This document shows positions 19,147 through 28,754 of a stretch of DNA of 54,564 nt, one piece after another. Origin of the DNA: a virus (lineage: Duplodnaviria; Caudoviricetes); IMG/VR virus record IMGVR_UViG_3300045999_012682, positions 1 through 54,564 of that record; one strand, given 5' to 3'. Both the position numbers and the translations under genes were made by a program. The notes under the pieces are model-generated. The model did no database searches, was not told the DNA's origin, and saw only the letters and a list, made by a program, of their open reading frames with translations. Position 1 is the first letter of the stretch; the number at the start of each line of letters is the position of its first letter.

Positions 19147-19734
19147 ATGAGCGTATTAGCTGACTGGGAAATCCGAGAACTGGCCGAAAAAGAAGGGATG
19201 ATTGAACCCTTTGTGGATCATTTGATCAGCAAAGAAAACGGTCGGAAACTTCTCAGCTATGGTCTCAGCTCATACGGCTACGACATCAGGCTTTCTCCAG
19301 AGCAATGTCTGATTTTTGGCAAAGTCCAAGCGGGGGATTGCGATCCAAAAAACTTTGATCCTGACATTTTAAAACCTGCAGATCTCCTGGAAGACGAACG
19401 AGGACAATACTTCTTGCTACCTCCTTATGGATACTGCCTGGGCGTTGCACAAGAACGTCTTAAACTCCCTGGTGATGTAACTGTCGTTGCTGTTGGCAAA
19501 TCAACGTATGCACGTTCAGGAATCCTGGTCAATATCACGCCAGCCGAAAGTGGCTGGGAAGGTTACCTGACGCTTGAGATCAGTAACTGCACCGGGCTTT
19601 TTAATCGCATCTACGCCAATGAAGGCATTACCCAGCTGCTGTTCTATCGTGGCAACCCCTGCGAAGTGACGTACCAAGACCGCAAGGGCAAGTATCAAAA
19701 CCAAAAAAGAGAAGTTGTTTTTTCCCGTGCTTAA
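19147..19734 (+). CDS. dcd: dCTP deaminase
   Basis: SYGLSSYGYDIRL, GKSTYARSG, TPAESGWEGYLTLE, YANEGITQLLF, YQDRKGKYQ. Confidence 0.93.
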   Translation: MSVLADWEIRELAEKEGMIEPFVDHLISKENGRKLLSYGLSSYGYDIRLSPEQCLIFGKVQAGDCDPKNFDPDILKPADLLEDERGQYFLLPPYGYCLGVAQERLKLPGDVTVVAVGKSTYARSGILVNITPAESGWEGYLTLEISNCTGLFNRIYANEGITQLLFYRGNPCEVTYQDRKGKYQNQKREVVFSRA

Positions 19735-20108
19735 CCAAACGGCTTGCCAAATTGACCTTGTGGTTTATTGGCGTAATTAGTTCCGCCTCCCCGACCAAAG
19801 CGCTCGCCTAGGTTGGGGATAACAGTACCTCCCATATCAAGAGAACTACGTGGCGTTTTTCCTTTGATTTGTGGGTCTGCAATATCAGAACGTTGTTTAT
19901 ATGCTGCAGCACTTTTTGCTGCTTTCGTAAAACGAGCAACACGTTCTTGTTGATTATTTAAGGAAGAAGCAACTTCTCTTTCTTCTGGATCTAGACGACG
20001 CAAGTCTGTGTCGTACGCCTGTTCTGGACGTAAATCCGATACCTCAGCACCAGAGGTACCACCGGACCTTTGTCCTGTTTCGTATAAAGGACTGTATATA
20101 CTTGCCAT
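19731..20108 (-). CDS. hypothetical protein
   Basis: 125-aa ORF, TACAATA upstream. Confidence 0.7.
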   Translation of the reverse strand: MASIYSPLYETGQRSGGTSGAEVSDLRPEQAYDTDLRRLDPEEREVASSLNNQQERVARFTKAAKSAAAYKQRSDIADPQIKGKTPRSSLDMGGTVIPNLGERFGRGGGTNYANKPQGQFGKPFG

Positions 20109-20134
20109 GATAATATTGTAAATGAGATAACCTT

Positions 20135-20488
20135 ATGTCTATATCAATGCATACCGCAGCCGGTTTCTTAGATAGCTTTGTACAAGACGAATTGAAATGC
20201 CGTTGTTTAACGGAAGAAAGCTTTGGCGCGCCTCTCGATAATGAAGAAAATGATGTACCCTTATATGATATGTACAACCGAGGGTTGACTTTATGCGAGC
20301 AAGGGCTGGAGCGGAATCCATTGAATCTCGAGGGGCAACGTCCTGGAACGACTGGTTTGATCCCATCGATGGAGGAAGGCTTGGCAATGGGGGCATCACC
20401 AAGACCCCGGACCCTAGTCCTGGAACTGGAGGAACCGGAAGAGGAGGAGAAGATTCTGTCAGCCAAGCGCCGGGGCTTGATGCGTTAA
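20135..20488 (+). CDS. hypothetical protein
   Basis: 117-aa ORF coupled (TAATG) to the DUF3310 gene. Confidence 0.65.
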   Translation: MSISMHTAAGFLDSFVQDELKCRCLTEESFGAPLDNEENDVPLYDMYNRGLTLCEQGLERNPLNLEGQRPGTTGLIPSMEEGLAMGASPRPRTLVLELEEPEEEEKILSAKRRGLMR

Positions 20489-20778
20489 TGGAATGCAAGG
20501 ATGGTGTGTGCCCTGTGCCTTGGGCAGTCAAAGAAGAAACTCCTGTCGTTGTTCCAGATGCCGTTAACCATCCACCTCATTACACTGACGGTGGTGGAAT
20601 TGAGTGCATTGAAGCCATTGAGGCAGCTTTAACCAACGAAGAATATCGTGGTTACCTGAAAGGCAACATTACTAAATATATTTGGCGTGAGAAGCATAAA
20701 GGCGGAACCGAATCATTGAAAAAAGCACAGTGGTACTTAGATCGCCTCATTCAACTTGACGAAGCTCAAAACGGCTGA
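20488..20778 (+). CDS. DUF3310 (SaV-like) protein
   Basis: DAVNHPPHY, IECIEAI, GYLKGNITKYIWR, ESLKKAQWYL; likely start MECKDGVCPVPW at 20488. Confidence 0.85.
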   Translation: MECKDGVCPVPWAVKEETPVVVPDAVNHPPHYTDGGGIECIEAIEAALTNEEYRGYLKGNITKYIWREKHKGGTESLKKAQWYLDRLIQLDEAQNG

Positions 20779-21065
20779 AGCTCGTCATCATCGTCATCCT
20801 CGTCGTCGTATGCAAATGCGGCGGCGAGTTCTACTAATTCGAGGTCGGTTGGAATATCAAAATCAATTGAAATATTCTCATCCGCCAAAATGTCCTTGAT
20901 TGCAAACCATTCCATCAATCGCTGGTGGTAAAGGTTAAGAAGTGCGGCGTACAACTGATCCCAAGTCATCTCCTGAGCTTCCAGCTCAGCCCTCCGCATG
21001 GAGAACTGAAGCTCAAGAGGAAGCTCAAACTGCCGCGATTCCACTGATTTTTCCATGGCACTCAC
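20766..21065 (-). CDS. nblA: NblA-like phycobilisome degradation protein with acidic tail
   Basis: ELPLELQFSMRRAELEAQEMTWDQLYAALLNLYHQ fits the NblA pattern LxLEQxF...MSxEQ...LxxLYxQ. Confidence 0.65.
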   Translation of the reverse strand: MSAMEKSVESRQFELPLELQFSMRRAELEAQEMTWDQLYAALLNLYHQRLMEWFAIKDILADENISIDFDIPTDLELVELAAAFAYDDEDDDDDELQPF

Positions 21066-21083
21066 GATTTTTATTAGTTTATT

Positions 21084-21770
21084 CTACGACCAAGCATTAA
21101 TCAATCCGTCCTGCTCCAGGAGGTCATCAATCCAGCCGGAACGCTTTTGGTTAAAAGAATTCGCAAAAGCTGTAAGAACATAAGGATTGATCAGCGTTTC
21201 CAGTTCTTTAATGGCATCAATTTCTTGCTGAGATCCAGTGTAATTTCTAAATGCTCTTAACAGGATGTTAGGAGAACACTCTTGAATTGGATTGATGTCA
21301 AAAAGAAAAAGATTAATTTCTTCTTTGCGCCGGTTCAAAAGGCTCCCTGTTGCTTTGCCATCATGATCAAAGATCCATTGCAGCATGCAATTAACAACTT
21401 CTGACCACTCTTCATTTTCAATGTCATCTAAAATTTCGCTGTAACGAAAAGGCTCCCATCCAATTGAATGAATAAAAGATAAAAGTGCTTGATTCATATA
21501 GTAGTCAAGTTTTATGTTTTCTTTTTCCAGGAGACCATCAATGATTTCCAATTCATGGATCAAATAATCTAGAGCCTTGTGTTCTGTGCAGCAATGTCCT
21601 TTTAAAACAGGGCTGCCATCTGGATAATACTGACTTCCAAAACCAAAAGTAAAAGGCGCACCTCCGGTCAAAGGATCGGGGTACGCCTTTTCATTAAAGC
21701 CTTCGTACTTACAAATAAGCTCGATTGCAAGACGATGATCATTCATGGAGATATTTAACAATATCTCCAA
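21084..21770 (-). CDS. GH24 lysozyme-like protein with C-terminal extension
   Basis: ICKYEGF...AYPDP...TFGFG, ALLSFIHSIG, LLNRRKEE. Confidence 0.8.
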   Translation of the reverse strand: MEILLNISMNDHRLAIELICKYEGFNEKAYPDPLTGGAPFTFGFGSQYYPDGSPVLKGHCCTEHKALDYLIHELEIIDGLLEKENIKLDYYMNQALLSFIHSIGWEPFRYSEILDDIENEEWSEVVNCMLQWIFDHDGKATGSLLNRRKEEINLFLFDINPIQECSPNILLRAFRNYTGSQQEIDAIKELETLINPYVLTAFANSFNQKRSGWIDDLLEQDGLINAWS

Positions 21771-21781
21771 TCATACATAAA

Positions 21782-21907
21782 TTATTTGCCTTGACCACGA
21801 GACAATTTACGTCCGTGATTTGCTTTGGAGTGTTTTCCATCGCCTTGTCTTGTCATCTTAGGCTTGGACTCAATTTTGATGGATGCGCTGGATTTAGGTT
21901 TTGCCAT
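21782..21907 (-). CDS. small basic cyanophage-type protein (41 aa)
   Basis: Read by hand: MAKPKSSASIKIESKPKMTRQGDGKHSKANHGRKLSRGQGK; KPKxTRQG...RGQGK pattern. Confidence 0.75.
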   Translation of the reverse strand: MAKPKSSASIKIESKPKMTRQGDGKHSKANHGRKLSRGQGK

Positions 21908-21909
21908 GG

Positions 21910-22200
21910 TTACCAGTTGTAGTTACACGCCCACCAGCCGGGAGTCAGTTTGTCCTTCTTCTCGGAGCAGTTGTGGCGTGCTTTAAAGTTAGCACGTCTT
22001 CCCTCGTCTTTGTGTTGTAGATAATCTTCGTAACCCCTGGCTCCAAAACGGACAATTTTTTCTTGGCCTCCTTGGCACGCTTTTACAACGTACTTGTGTT
22101 TGTCTCCTTTTGGAGCACGTTGAGGTTTATTGCATTTCATATTCTCTTTTTTGTAACGATTAGCAGCAGAGGCCGCTTTTTTTCTTTGATCAGACATCAA
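21910..22200 (-). CDS. conserved basic phage protein (VRFG...RRANFKARH family)
   Basis: KIVRFGARGYEDY...HKDEGRRANFKARHNC...TPGWWA. Confidence 0.75.
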   Translation of the reverse strand: MMSDQRKKAASAANRYKKENMKCNKPQRAPKGDKHKYVVKACQGGQEKIVRFGARGYEDYLQHKDEGRRANFKARHNCSEKKDKLTPGWWACNYNW

Positions 22201-25175
22201 CTAAATCCTTTAAACATAGAAGTAAAATCTTTCAGGAAAGAAGTAGCAGCCTCGCTTTTTTGTGGCACGTCCTCTTCTTCTTCTTCATCTCCAAATATTT
22301 TAAAGTAAGAAGATCTTTGTACTGTTTCTTCTTCTTCTTCGTCTGCGGATCCTGCAGAGCCTAATGTCTCATCTTCTCCAAACAAACTACTAACACTTGT
22401 AAATGCTTGAAATGGGTTTTCCATATCACCAAATGCAAATTCCAAGCCTTTAGTTGAGCTAGCCTTGCTGACTAATTCTTGCTCAGTTCTATCTACATCT
22501 GGTAAAAAGTCTGAATAAAATTCGTCTTCTGTGCCGTTGTATCCAGCATTTTTAAATACATTGTATAAGACAGTTGTTTCTCCTTGTTCTTCTTTTACAT
22601 CAGTAGGTCTTTCAATATAACTAGCGCCAAGTGTTTTTTGATTCAGTTCTTCGTCTTTTTCATTTAGATATTTGATGCTTTCTCTAATTTGCTTTGCTTC
22701 TTCTGTTCTTAATTGATCAACTAAATACCCTTTAACTTGTTCGACCGTTGCATCGCTTCCTTCTAAACCAATTGATTTTAATACCTGCTCCCATTCAGCT
22801 TTATTTTTTTCTGGGTCAACAGAACCTAAAACTGCATCAGCAAACTCTTCTGGTGTCACAAACTGCATAAAACCGGCGCCGCCATAAAATTGCTTTCTTG
22901 CAGCAAGATCAGCGCCAAAGTTTTTAATCTTTTGCTCCAGTTCTGCGTAAGGCAAAATATCTTCGGCCGGATCCAGAAGTACTGACTTTCCTGTACTGTC
23001 TTTTACCATGCCCGTGCTTCCTTTTACCTGGTAATGAAGCTTGGCAAAAACTACTGGATCTGTTTTGTATGTTTTTTCAAAACCATAACGATAAGCTTCA
23101 TTTGCCCAATTAATTCCATCACTACCTACTTGATCTGTTTTAGCTAATTGGAAGTCTTGAGCAAAAATATTTTTTTGTAGTTGATAATTTTCTAGCTGTT
23201 TTGCTCCTACTTCTTTTGTTTTGTTTGTTATTGGATCCATGTAAAATTGCGCATCAAAATTCTTTGTCACCTTTTCAGAAGCCTGGACTAAATCCAAGAA
23301 AGTTTTTGTGCGTAAGTCAGCAATTTGCTTAAGTTTATTAATAGTTGTTTGTGATTGAAATACGTTTTGTTCTTCTTCTTTTACATCCAAATAACTAATG
23401 AATTCATCCATAGACTTAGACTGATCAAAACGAGGCTTAATAAAATCTTTAATAAAACTGTTAACAAACTCTTTCTTAGAGTCTCTATCCATATTGAACA
23501 TAATTTTTCTAAAGTCATCAATATTATTTACGTCTAAAACGCGTCCATTTTCTTTGTATTTTTCAGCTACTTCCAAATAAACAGGTTTACCAATTGATGG
23601 ATCTTTTGTATATGCCTCTATTTCTTCTTTTGCTGATGCCTGTAAACGTTTTAATTCATCTTCACCATACGTGCGCGTTTCTAGTTCATAGTTTTCATAC
23701 CGCTTCATCAATGTTTCATCAAACCATTTTTGCCAATTATAAACAGTTGTATTTGAACTCATTCCTGTAATTTTTTCTAGTTCTTTTTCAATTCCTTGTT
23801 GATATTCTTTTCCTTTTCCTGCCAGGCTTAACATGCCGCCGATCCCCGTATCACCGATAATGGAATTGGCCAGGTTTGAATTTATTTCCATAAGTTCGCT
23901 ATAGCCTGGCAAACCAGACATTAACGTAAGATTAGCTTCTTTCTGTTTAACTTTTTTTAATTCATCTATGCTTGTTTTTAATAAATCTTGCGTTAAAGCA
24001 CCTAATTGTTTTTCTTTTTGTATATCAGTTGTACCAATGTTTTCTGCTAGTGTTTTTTCTAAAATTGTATTAATTTCCTCTTGGTTAATTAGATTTCCTT
24101 TCTCATCGTATTGAGGCGCGGCTAATACAATCTTTTGTTTTCCAGAGGTATCTGTTGTAATACCTAAAACTTCATCACGATACTTTTGTTTTTCAAAGTC
24201 AGTTAATGTTTCTCTGTATTTAGTTGCTGCCATCTCCGATTCTGAAATCGGATCACTAGCTCTGAGTTTTAAAAACCTACCTCTGGTGGTGTAGTCCTGG
24301 TGAAGATATGTATCTTGGTTGTAGCGCATTGTAATATCAATGTCATCATTGGCAACCGCAGTATTGTATTCGTTAATTGCTCTTTGTACTTCTGCAGGAT
24401 TGTATTTAATGTATGCATTTAAATCAAACTTTCCGGCAGGATCTTTTGCACCTAAGCTTGGATCCCATGCTTGTACTTTTGTGCTTCCATAAAAACTTTT
24501 AAAAGTATCCCTTGCCTGGTTCAATAAAGTCTGATCATACCCACCAGGTAAAAGACCTTGTCCAATAAGATTTTGTATCTCTGCCATTGGGATAGCATCT
24601 CTACTTCTTAAATACGTTCCTCCTTGAGCATTTTGTGAATATGCAACAAACTGTTGGCTCCAGCGTTCAAGTCCCTCAGATAATCTGTTGCGTTTTTCAA
24701 TTTCTTTATTCACATTATCTGCATTTGTTTGTCTATATTTTTCTTGTTCAGTATTGTATGCTGTTGCAGTTTGAGCACGTCGCGCAGCTTGTTGATTATT
24801 GTAATCAGCTGCCGCCTGTCTTCTTTGTTGTTGAACTGTCGATAAATCACCTTGTAATGGCAAGTTTCTATTTTCGTTTTTTCCGTACACAGCCCAATGC
24901 CATTCACCCCACTGCACACGACTAACACCTTGAGGTTTAATTGTTTTTTGCCAATAGTCTTCTAAGTCGGAATTATTTAATACATAAGATTTATAGTCAG
25001 GGGCCGGATCTGGATATTGGCTTAAAAAGTCATTTTCAGTTTTATCTGGATACGTATCTATATAATCTTTTTCTGTTCGGAAAGGAAAAGTTTTTTCAAA
25101 GCTTGTTGAAGTTGCATATGGTTCGCGATCAAAACGATATACTTTCCAACCAGAGGTAGGACTCCATGTGGCCAT
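22197..25175 (-). CDS. large putative virion structural/internal protein
   Basis: 992-aa ORF in the morphogenesis region; no recognisable enzyme motif. Confidence 0.7.
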   Translation of the reverse strand: MATWSPTSGWKVYRFDREPYATSTSFEKTFPFRTEKDYIDTYPDKTENDFLSQYPDPAPDYKSYVLNNSDLEDYWQKTIKPQGVSRVQWGEWHWAVYGKNENRNLPLQGDLSTVQQQRRQAAADYNNQQAARRAQTATAYNTEQEKYRQTNADNVNKEIEKRNRLSEGLERWSQQFVAYSQNAQGGTYLRSRDAIPMAEIQNLIGQGLLPGGYDQTLLNQARDTFKSFYGSTKVQAWDPSLGAKDPAGKFDLNAYIKYNPAEVQRAINEYNTAVANDDIDITMRYNQDTYLHQDYTTRGRFLKLRASDPISESEMAATKYRETLTDFEKQKYRDEVLGITTDTSGKQKIVLAAPQYDEKGNLINQEEINTILEKTLAENIGTTDIQKEKQLGALTQDLLKTSIDELKKVKQKEANLTLMSGLPGYSELMEINSNLANSIIGDTGIGGMLSLAGKGKEYQQGIEKELEKITGMSSNTTVYNWQKWFDETLMKRYENYELETRTYGEDELKRLQASAKEEIEAYTKDPSIGKPVYLEVAEKYKENGRVLDVNNIDDFRKIMFNMDRDSKKEFVNSFIKDFIKPRFDQSKSMDEFISYLDVKEEEQNVFQSQTTINKLKQIADLRTKTFLDLVQASEKVTKNFDAQFYMDPITNKTKEVGAKQLENYQLQKNIFAQDFQLAKTDQVGSDGINWANEAYRYGFEKTYKTDPVVFAKLHYQVKGSTGMVKDSTGKSVLLDPAEDILPYAELEQKIKNFGADLAARKQFYGGAGFMQFVTPEEFADAVLGSVDPEKNKAEWEQVLKSIGLEGSDATVEQVKGYLVDQLRTEEAKQIRESIKYLNEKDEELNQKTLGASYIERPTDVKEEQGETTVLYNVFKNAGYNGTEDEFYSDFLPDVDRTEQELVSKASSTKGLEFAFGDMENPFQAFTSVSSLFGEDETLGSAGSADEEEEETVQRSSYFKIFGDEEEEEDVPQKSEAATSFLKDFTSMFKGFS

Positions 25176-25178
25176 TTA

Positions 25179-25517
25179 TTAACACTCCTTAAAAATAAAA
25201 ACAGATTCCTGTTTAATCCAGTCTTCAATCCTATCAAGAGTTTCGATAGAAAAGAAGTTTTGTTTTTTGAACCAGGTTCGCATATCTTCAGAACCTTTAT
25301 GTGCATTGCAACGACGGCAACAAGGAATTAAATTGTGACGATTAGAAGATCCTGATTTAAATCTTGGGATAATATGATCAAGACTTGTAGCCGATTCACC
25401 GCAATATCCACACTTATAATCCCATGCTTGATATATACTTTCTCTGAATCTCTTCTTGGCAAGTTTTGGTGTTAATTCAACCAGCAGGGCGAGGGGCTCG
25501 TGCTCGTTGCAAAACAT
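25179..25517 (-). CDS. HNH endonuclease (McrA/HNH_5-like)
   Basis: KCGYCG, SLDHIIPRFKSG, NLIPCCRRCNAHKG. Confidence 0.88.
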   Translation of the reverse strand: MFCNEHEPLALLVELTPKLAKKRFRESIYQAWDYKCGYCGESATSLDHIIPRFKSGSSNRHNLIPCCRRCNAHKGSEDMRTWFKKQNFFSIETLDRIEDWIKQESVFIFKEC

Positions 25518-25652
25518 GTATTTAATTGCCGTTAATTTATTTTAATTTCCCCACACACTTTCTCTGCATAAACACAAAGATAAAATTTTACTTAAGTCCG
25601 CCCACACCCTCTTGACTCAAGGTAATGTATATGAGTAACCACTGCCTCCCCA

Positions 25653-25871
25653 ATGGCTAAACACCCCGGTTGGGTCTCAGCTCAGCAAGTAGAAGAACTC
25701 CTGGGCATTGACAAAAAGACCCTCTTCAAGTACCGCGATGACGGCACCCTGAAGCTTGGGCCGCACTTTGCAGCGTTTGCTGAAACCCGCTCCAGGGACA
25801 GCTATCGCTGGAATGTAAAGGCAGTCAGGTCACACCTGCAAAAGCAGGGTATGCTGGCTTCAGCTGCTTAG
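25653..25871 (+). CDS. excisionase-like HTH protein
   Basis: WVSAQQVEELLGIDKKTLFKYR...LKLGPHF...YRWN. Confidence 0.7.
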   Translation: MAKHPGWVSAQQVEELLGIDKKTLFKYRDDGTLKLGPHFAAFAETRSRDSYRWNVKAVRSHLQKQGMLASAA

Positions 25872-26247
25872 ATTGCCTATAGTGATTTTTGCGGATTTTA
25901 TGAGCAAGGACTAAGTCAGTAATGTTGAGTTCAACATTCTGAAAAGTCATTGCTTCATAAAGGGATGAGAAAAGGGACGACGAGCAGCTCTGCAAATTGC
26001 GGGGCTGTTTTTCTTTTAAATCAAACAAATAAGCCCATTGTGGATGAAAGGGCCGTACAAGCCGTTTTTTATTGGATACAGAAATAGACATTTCTGGACC
26101 CCAAGTAAAATCAGACAGCTCTTCTGGTTTTAGACCGTAAGTAGCAACCATAGCATAAAGCCAGGCAATGTCTTTAGTTTTTCTGCTTGATGCAAGGCGG
26201 AAATACTCATCCACAATCCGCTGATCCAGGGGCGGTTGGTGAGTCAT
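25825..26247 (-). CDS. miniature/degenerate tyrosine recombinase-like protein
   Basis: WLYAMVATYGLKPEEL and RLVRPFHPQW resemble box I of cyanobacterial integrases (ATYGLRPHE), with Arg replaced by Lys; only 140 aa. Confidence 0.55.
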   Translation of the reverse strand: MTHQPPLDQRIVDEYFRLASSRKTKDIAWLYAMVATYGLKPEELSDFTWGPEMSISVSNKKRLVRPFHPQWAYLFDLKEKQPRNLQSCSSSLFSSLYEAMTFQNVELNITDLVLAHKIRKNHYRQSKQLKPAYPAFAGVT

Positions 26248-26316
26248 AGTTGGTATGAGCTATGTATCCGCACCATACTGAACGGTGGGGTTAGATCGCA
26301 AGGGATAAAAAATCCT

Positions 26317-26340
26317 TAATAAGTCTCGCGAGACTTATTA
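26317..26340. repeat. perfect 24-bp palindrome
   Basis: TAATAAGTCTCG|CGAGACTTATTA. Confidence 0.9.
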
Positions 26341-26357
26341 CAAGTATACAGTATTAA

Positions 26358-27908
26358 TTAAGGTTTGTAAGGATTTCCGTTTTTATCAAACATTGTAAAA
26401 TTCTGAATTTCAATGCGATCCGTTGCAAAGTTAAATAAACGTTGAAGCATTGGAAACATTACAGATGACTGACAATTGTATGGAGGGACATCCATTTTTG
26501 ATAGCGCATTTTTTGTGTGGTTAAAATCACTTCTGTTTTGTTTTTCTTTTTCTGATTTAGCAACAAGGTTTTGCTCCCATGCAGCCATGCTTCCAATACC
26601 TACTGGAAAATCAGAAGGTTCTGGAGGAAAAACTTGATCCTCAAATTTAAGAGCATAAATATGTTTACAGTATCGAAGCTCATCTAGCAAAGGTTGCCAT
26701 ATATCATCAACTGCTGTGATTGTAATCTGCTCAACGGCATCTTTATCTGTTATTTGCGTGACCGATGAGTAATCGTTATAACCAGGCATGCCTTCAGGCA
26801 CAGAGCCTTCAATTGAGATGTTAGATGTGCTTCTCTTATATGTTGCACCAAAGTCTCTGTAGACTCCTGGATTATCTCTCGTTGAACGTAATTCGATCAC
26901 AGCATTATCCGTGACCTGATAATCAAGTTCAAATCCTTCGGGTGAAATTACTTCTAAAGATCTATTTTGATCTGATTTTGTCATCACGCTATTGTCAAGA
27001 ATACCGTCTCTTTTTGTTAAATCAAAACGACCTGGCTTAATACTTGAGAGCCCTGAGCGTGGAAAGCGTTTTTTACTACTTTCACTAGCGGAAGATAAAA
27101 AAGCGTAATCACGTCGAGTAAAATCCTGACAAGTACAGCTATACCTTGAACCAGTAATTAAATAGCGACCGGGAGTAAAACCTACAGGCGAAGGGGTAAC
27201 AAAGACAGCATCCGGAGTTACATGTACAGATCCAGCTTTTTTAAAAGTTAAGATACCGGTTTCTTGATTAATTGCTACAACAACGGCTTGAACGTAACCG
27301 TAACGTTTTTGTGTTGCAGGATCAATCGTATCTTTATCAATAATCTCTCCATTTACAACAATAACGCGGTCTTCAAATATTTCTGTATTTGCTGGTTTTA
27401 ACCCATCAGGTTCCCCTGGAACAGAAATGTAGAAAGGAGCAGGAAGCGGATTGGCGTTACTCCAGGAGCCAGCTAGTTTTACATACCAATAATTCGTATC
27501 TTCTGATACTGATTCAATAAAAAGTTTTTGAGTACTAACTGGATCTGTTAATTTATCGCAACGCACAGAGCCAGCATATCTCCATATTGCCCAGTGCATC
27601 CCAAATTCTTTGCTTGTTGTTGGATAACCAACAAAAGCACCTTCCAGTACAGGAGGGGGGTTACCACTTGTTGTGGCATTAGGAATCTCGTAACGAAACC
27701 TATAATTGTAATTATTATCATATGTTGTTGCTGTAGCAAGCTCATAACCTCTTCTCCAGCGAGACCATGCAGATTCTCTGTTTACAGCATACAAAGAACC
27801 CTGGACTGAACCTTTGGAAAATTCAGTCCTTATTGGTTTGACTTGACGGGGGTCAAAACTAGCTCCGTGAACAAAATCACCAAAAGAGTTACCACTCTTT
27901 TTTGGCAT
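26358..27908 (-). CDS. hypothetical protein with split SWIM-like Zn finger
   Basis: YSCTCQDF and YCKHIYAL separated by about 150 aa. Confidence 0.65.
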   Translation of the reverse strand: MPKKSGNSFGDFVHGASFDPRQVKPIRTEFSKGSVQGSLYAVNRESAWSRWRRGYELATATTYDNNYNYRFRYEIPNATTSGNPPPVLEGAFVGYPTTSKEFGMHWAIWRYAGSVRCDKLTDPVSTQKLFIESVSEDTNYWYVKLAGSWSNANPLPAPFYISVPGEPDGLKPANTEIFEDRVIVVNGEIIDKDTIDPATQKRYGYVQAVVVAINQETGILTFKKAGSVHVTPDAVFVTPSPVGFTPGRYLITGSRYSCTCQDFTRRDYAFLSSASESSKKRFPRSGLSSIKPGRFDLTKRDGILDNSVMTKSDQNRSLEVISPEGFELDYQVTDNAVIELRSTRDNPGVYRDFGATYKRSTSNISIEGSVPEGMPGYNDYSSVTQITDKDAVEQITITAVDDIWQPLLDELRYCKHIYALKFEDQVFPPEPSDFPVGIGSMAAWEQNLVAKSEKEKQNRSDFNHTKNALSKMDVPPYNCQSSVMFPMLQRLFNFATDRIEIQNFTMFDKNGNPYKP

Positions 27909-27910
27909 GA

Positions 27911-28690
27911 TTAGAAGAATCCACCCTGAGCAATAACGTGTGCACCTGGGATATAACCGGAAATATTTGCACCATCTGGAAACACGCCGACATAAATACG
28001 ATCGCCTCGTTCCAAATAAACCCCTTTGTTACGTAACGGTGCGGTCGATCCAAGACCATTAGTATTCCCTGCTTGAACAACAGGAGTTGCAAGTTGGGGC
28101 ATCACATCTGAACAGTCCACTACACCGCTATTGGCCGGAACTGTTTTCGCAAAAAGAATACGGTAATCACCAGAACCCGGAATAGGTGTGGTCGTGCCAC
28201 GCGTCTGATAAAACACAAAGGTAACAGCAGGTTGCGTACCGTAAGCTACACCGTTGTAAGTAAAGCCGCTAGATGTACCACCTGAATAAACTAAAGATGT
28301 ATTAACACCTGTAAGTGTTGTAGCACCGGTATAAGTGTAATAACCGTAGCCACTCATTGCTGGGGTTCCTAAGACCCCAGTGGCAGCAACAAACACAATC
28401 TGACCACTGACAAGAGATATAACAGTGCCAGAAGTCGACGCATTAACTGTGTAATCCGGGGCGCGGTAAAAGTCATTACGTGCAATTGTAATCGAGTCAA
28501 CAACGCCACCATTATTATTGTCGTCGCCTAACTCTGCATCCATATCAACCAGGATGGAAGGTGCTTGTCCACCCTGGACGAACAAGGTATTAGAGGTAGC
28601 GCTACCGACCGTCTGCGTTGTAACTCGAACAGAGTCAAATAACGGGCGATCAACCAATAGGGGTTGCTTGTTTGTAGATGTCGAGCTCAA
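27911..28690 (-). CDS. putative virion structural (tail) protein
   Basis: 259 aa, Thr/Gly-rich, TTG start with GGGAG upstream. Confidence 0.7.
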   Translation of the reverse strand: MSSTSTNKQPLLVDRPLFDSVRVTTQTVGSATSNTLFVQGGQAPSILVDMDAELGDDNNNGGVVDSITIARNDFYRAPDYTVNASTSGTVISLVSGQIVFVAATGVLGTPAMSGYGYYTYTGATTLTGVNTSLVYSGGTSSGFTYNGVAYGTQPAVTFVFYQTRGTTTPIPGSGDYRILFAKTVPANSGVVDCSDVMPQLATPVVQAGNTNGLGSTAPLRNKGVYLERGDRIYVGVFPDGANISGYIPGAHVIAQGGFF

Positions 28691-28754
28691 GATAGACTAA
28701 ACTCCCTGCCTCTGGTATATTGACGGGAGTCCCCAAAAAACTTCCTTTATTCTA

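Noticed and set aside
20293-20487. N-terminal extension of the DUF3310 ORF
   Set aside because: Overlaps the 20135-20488 gene; TAATG coupling favours a start at 20488
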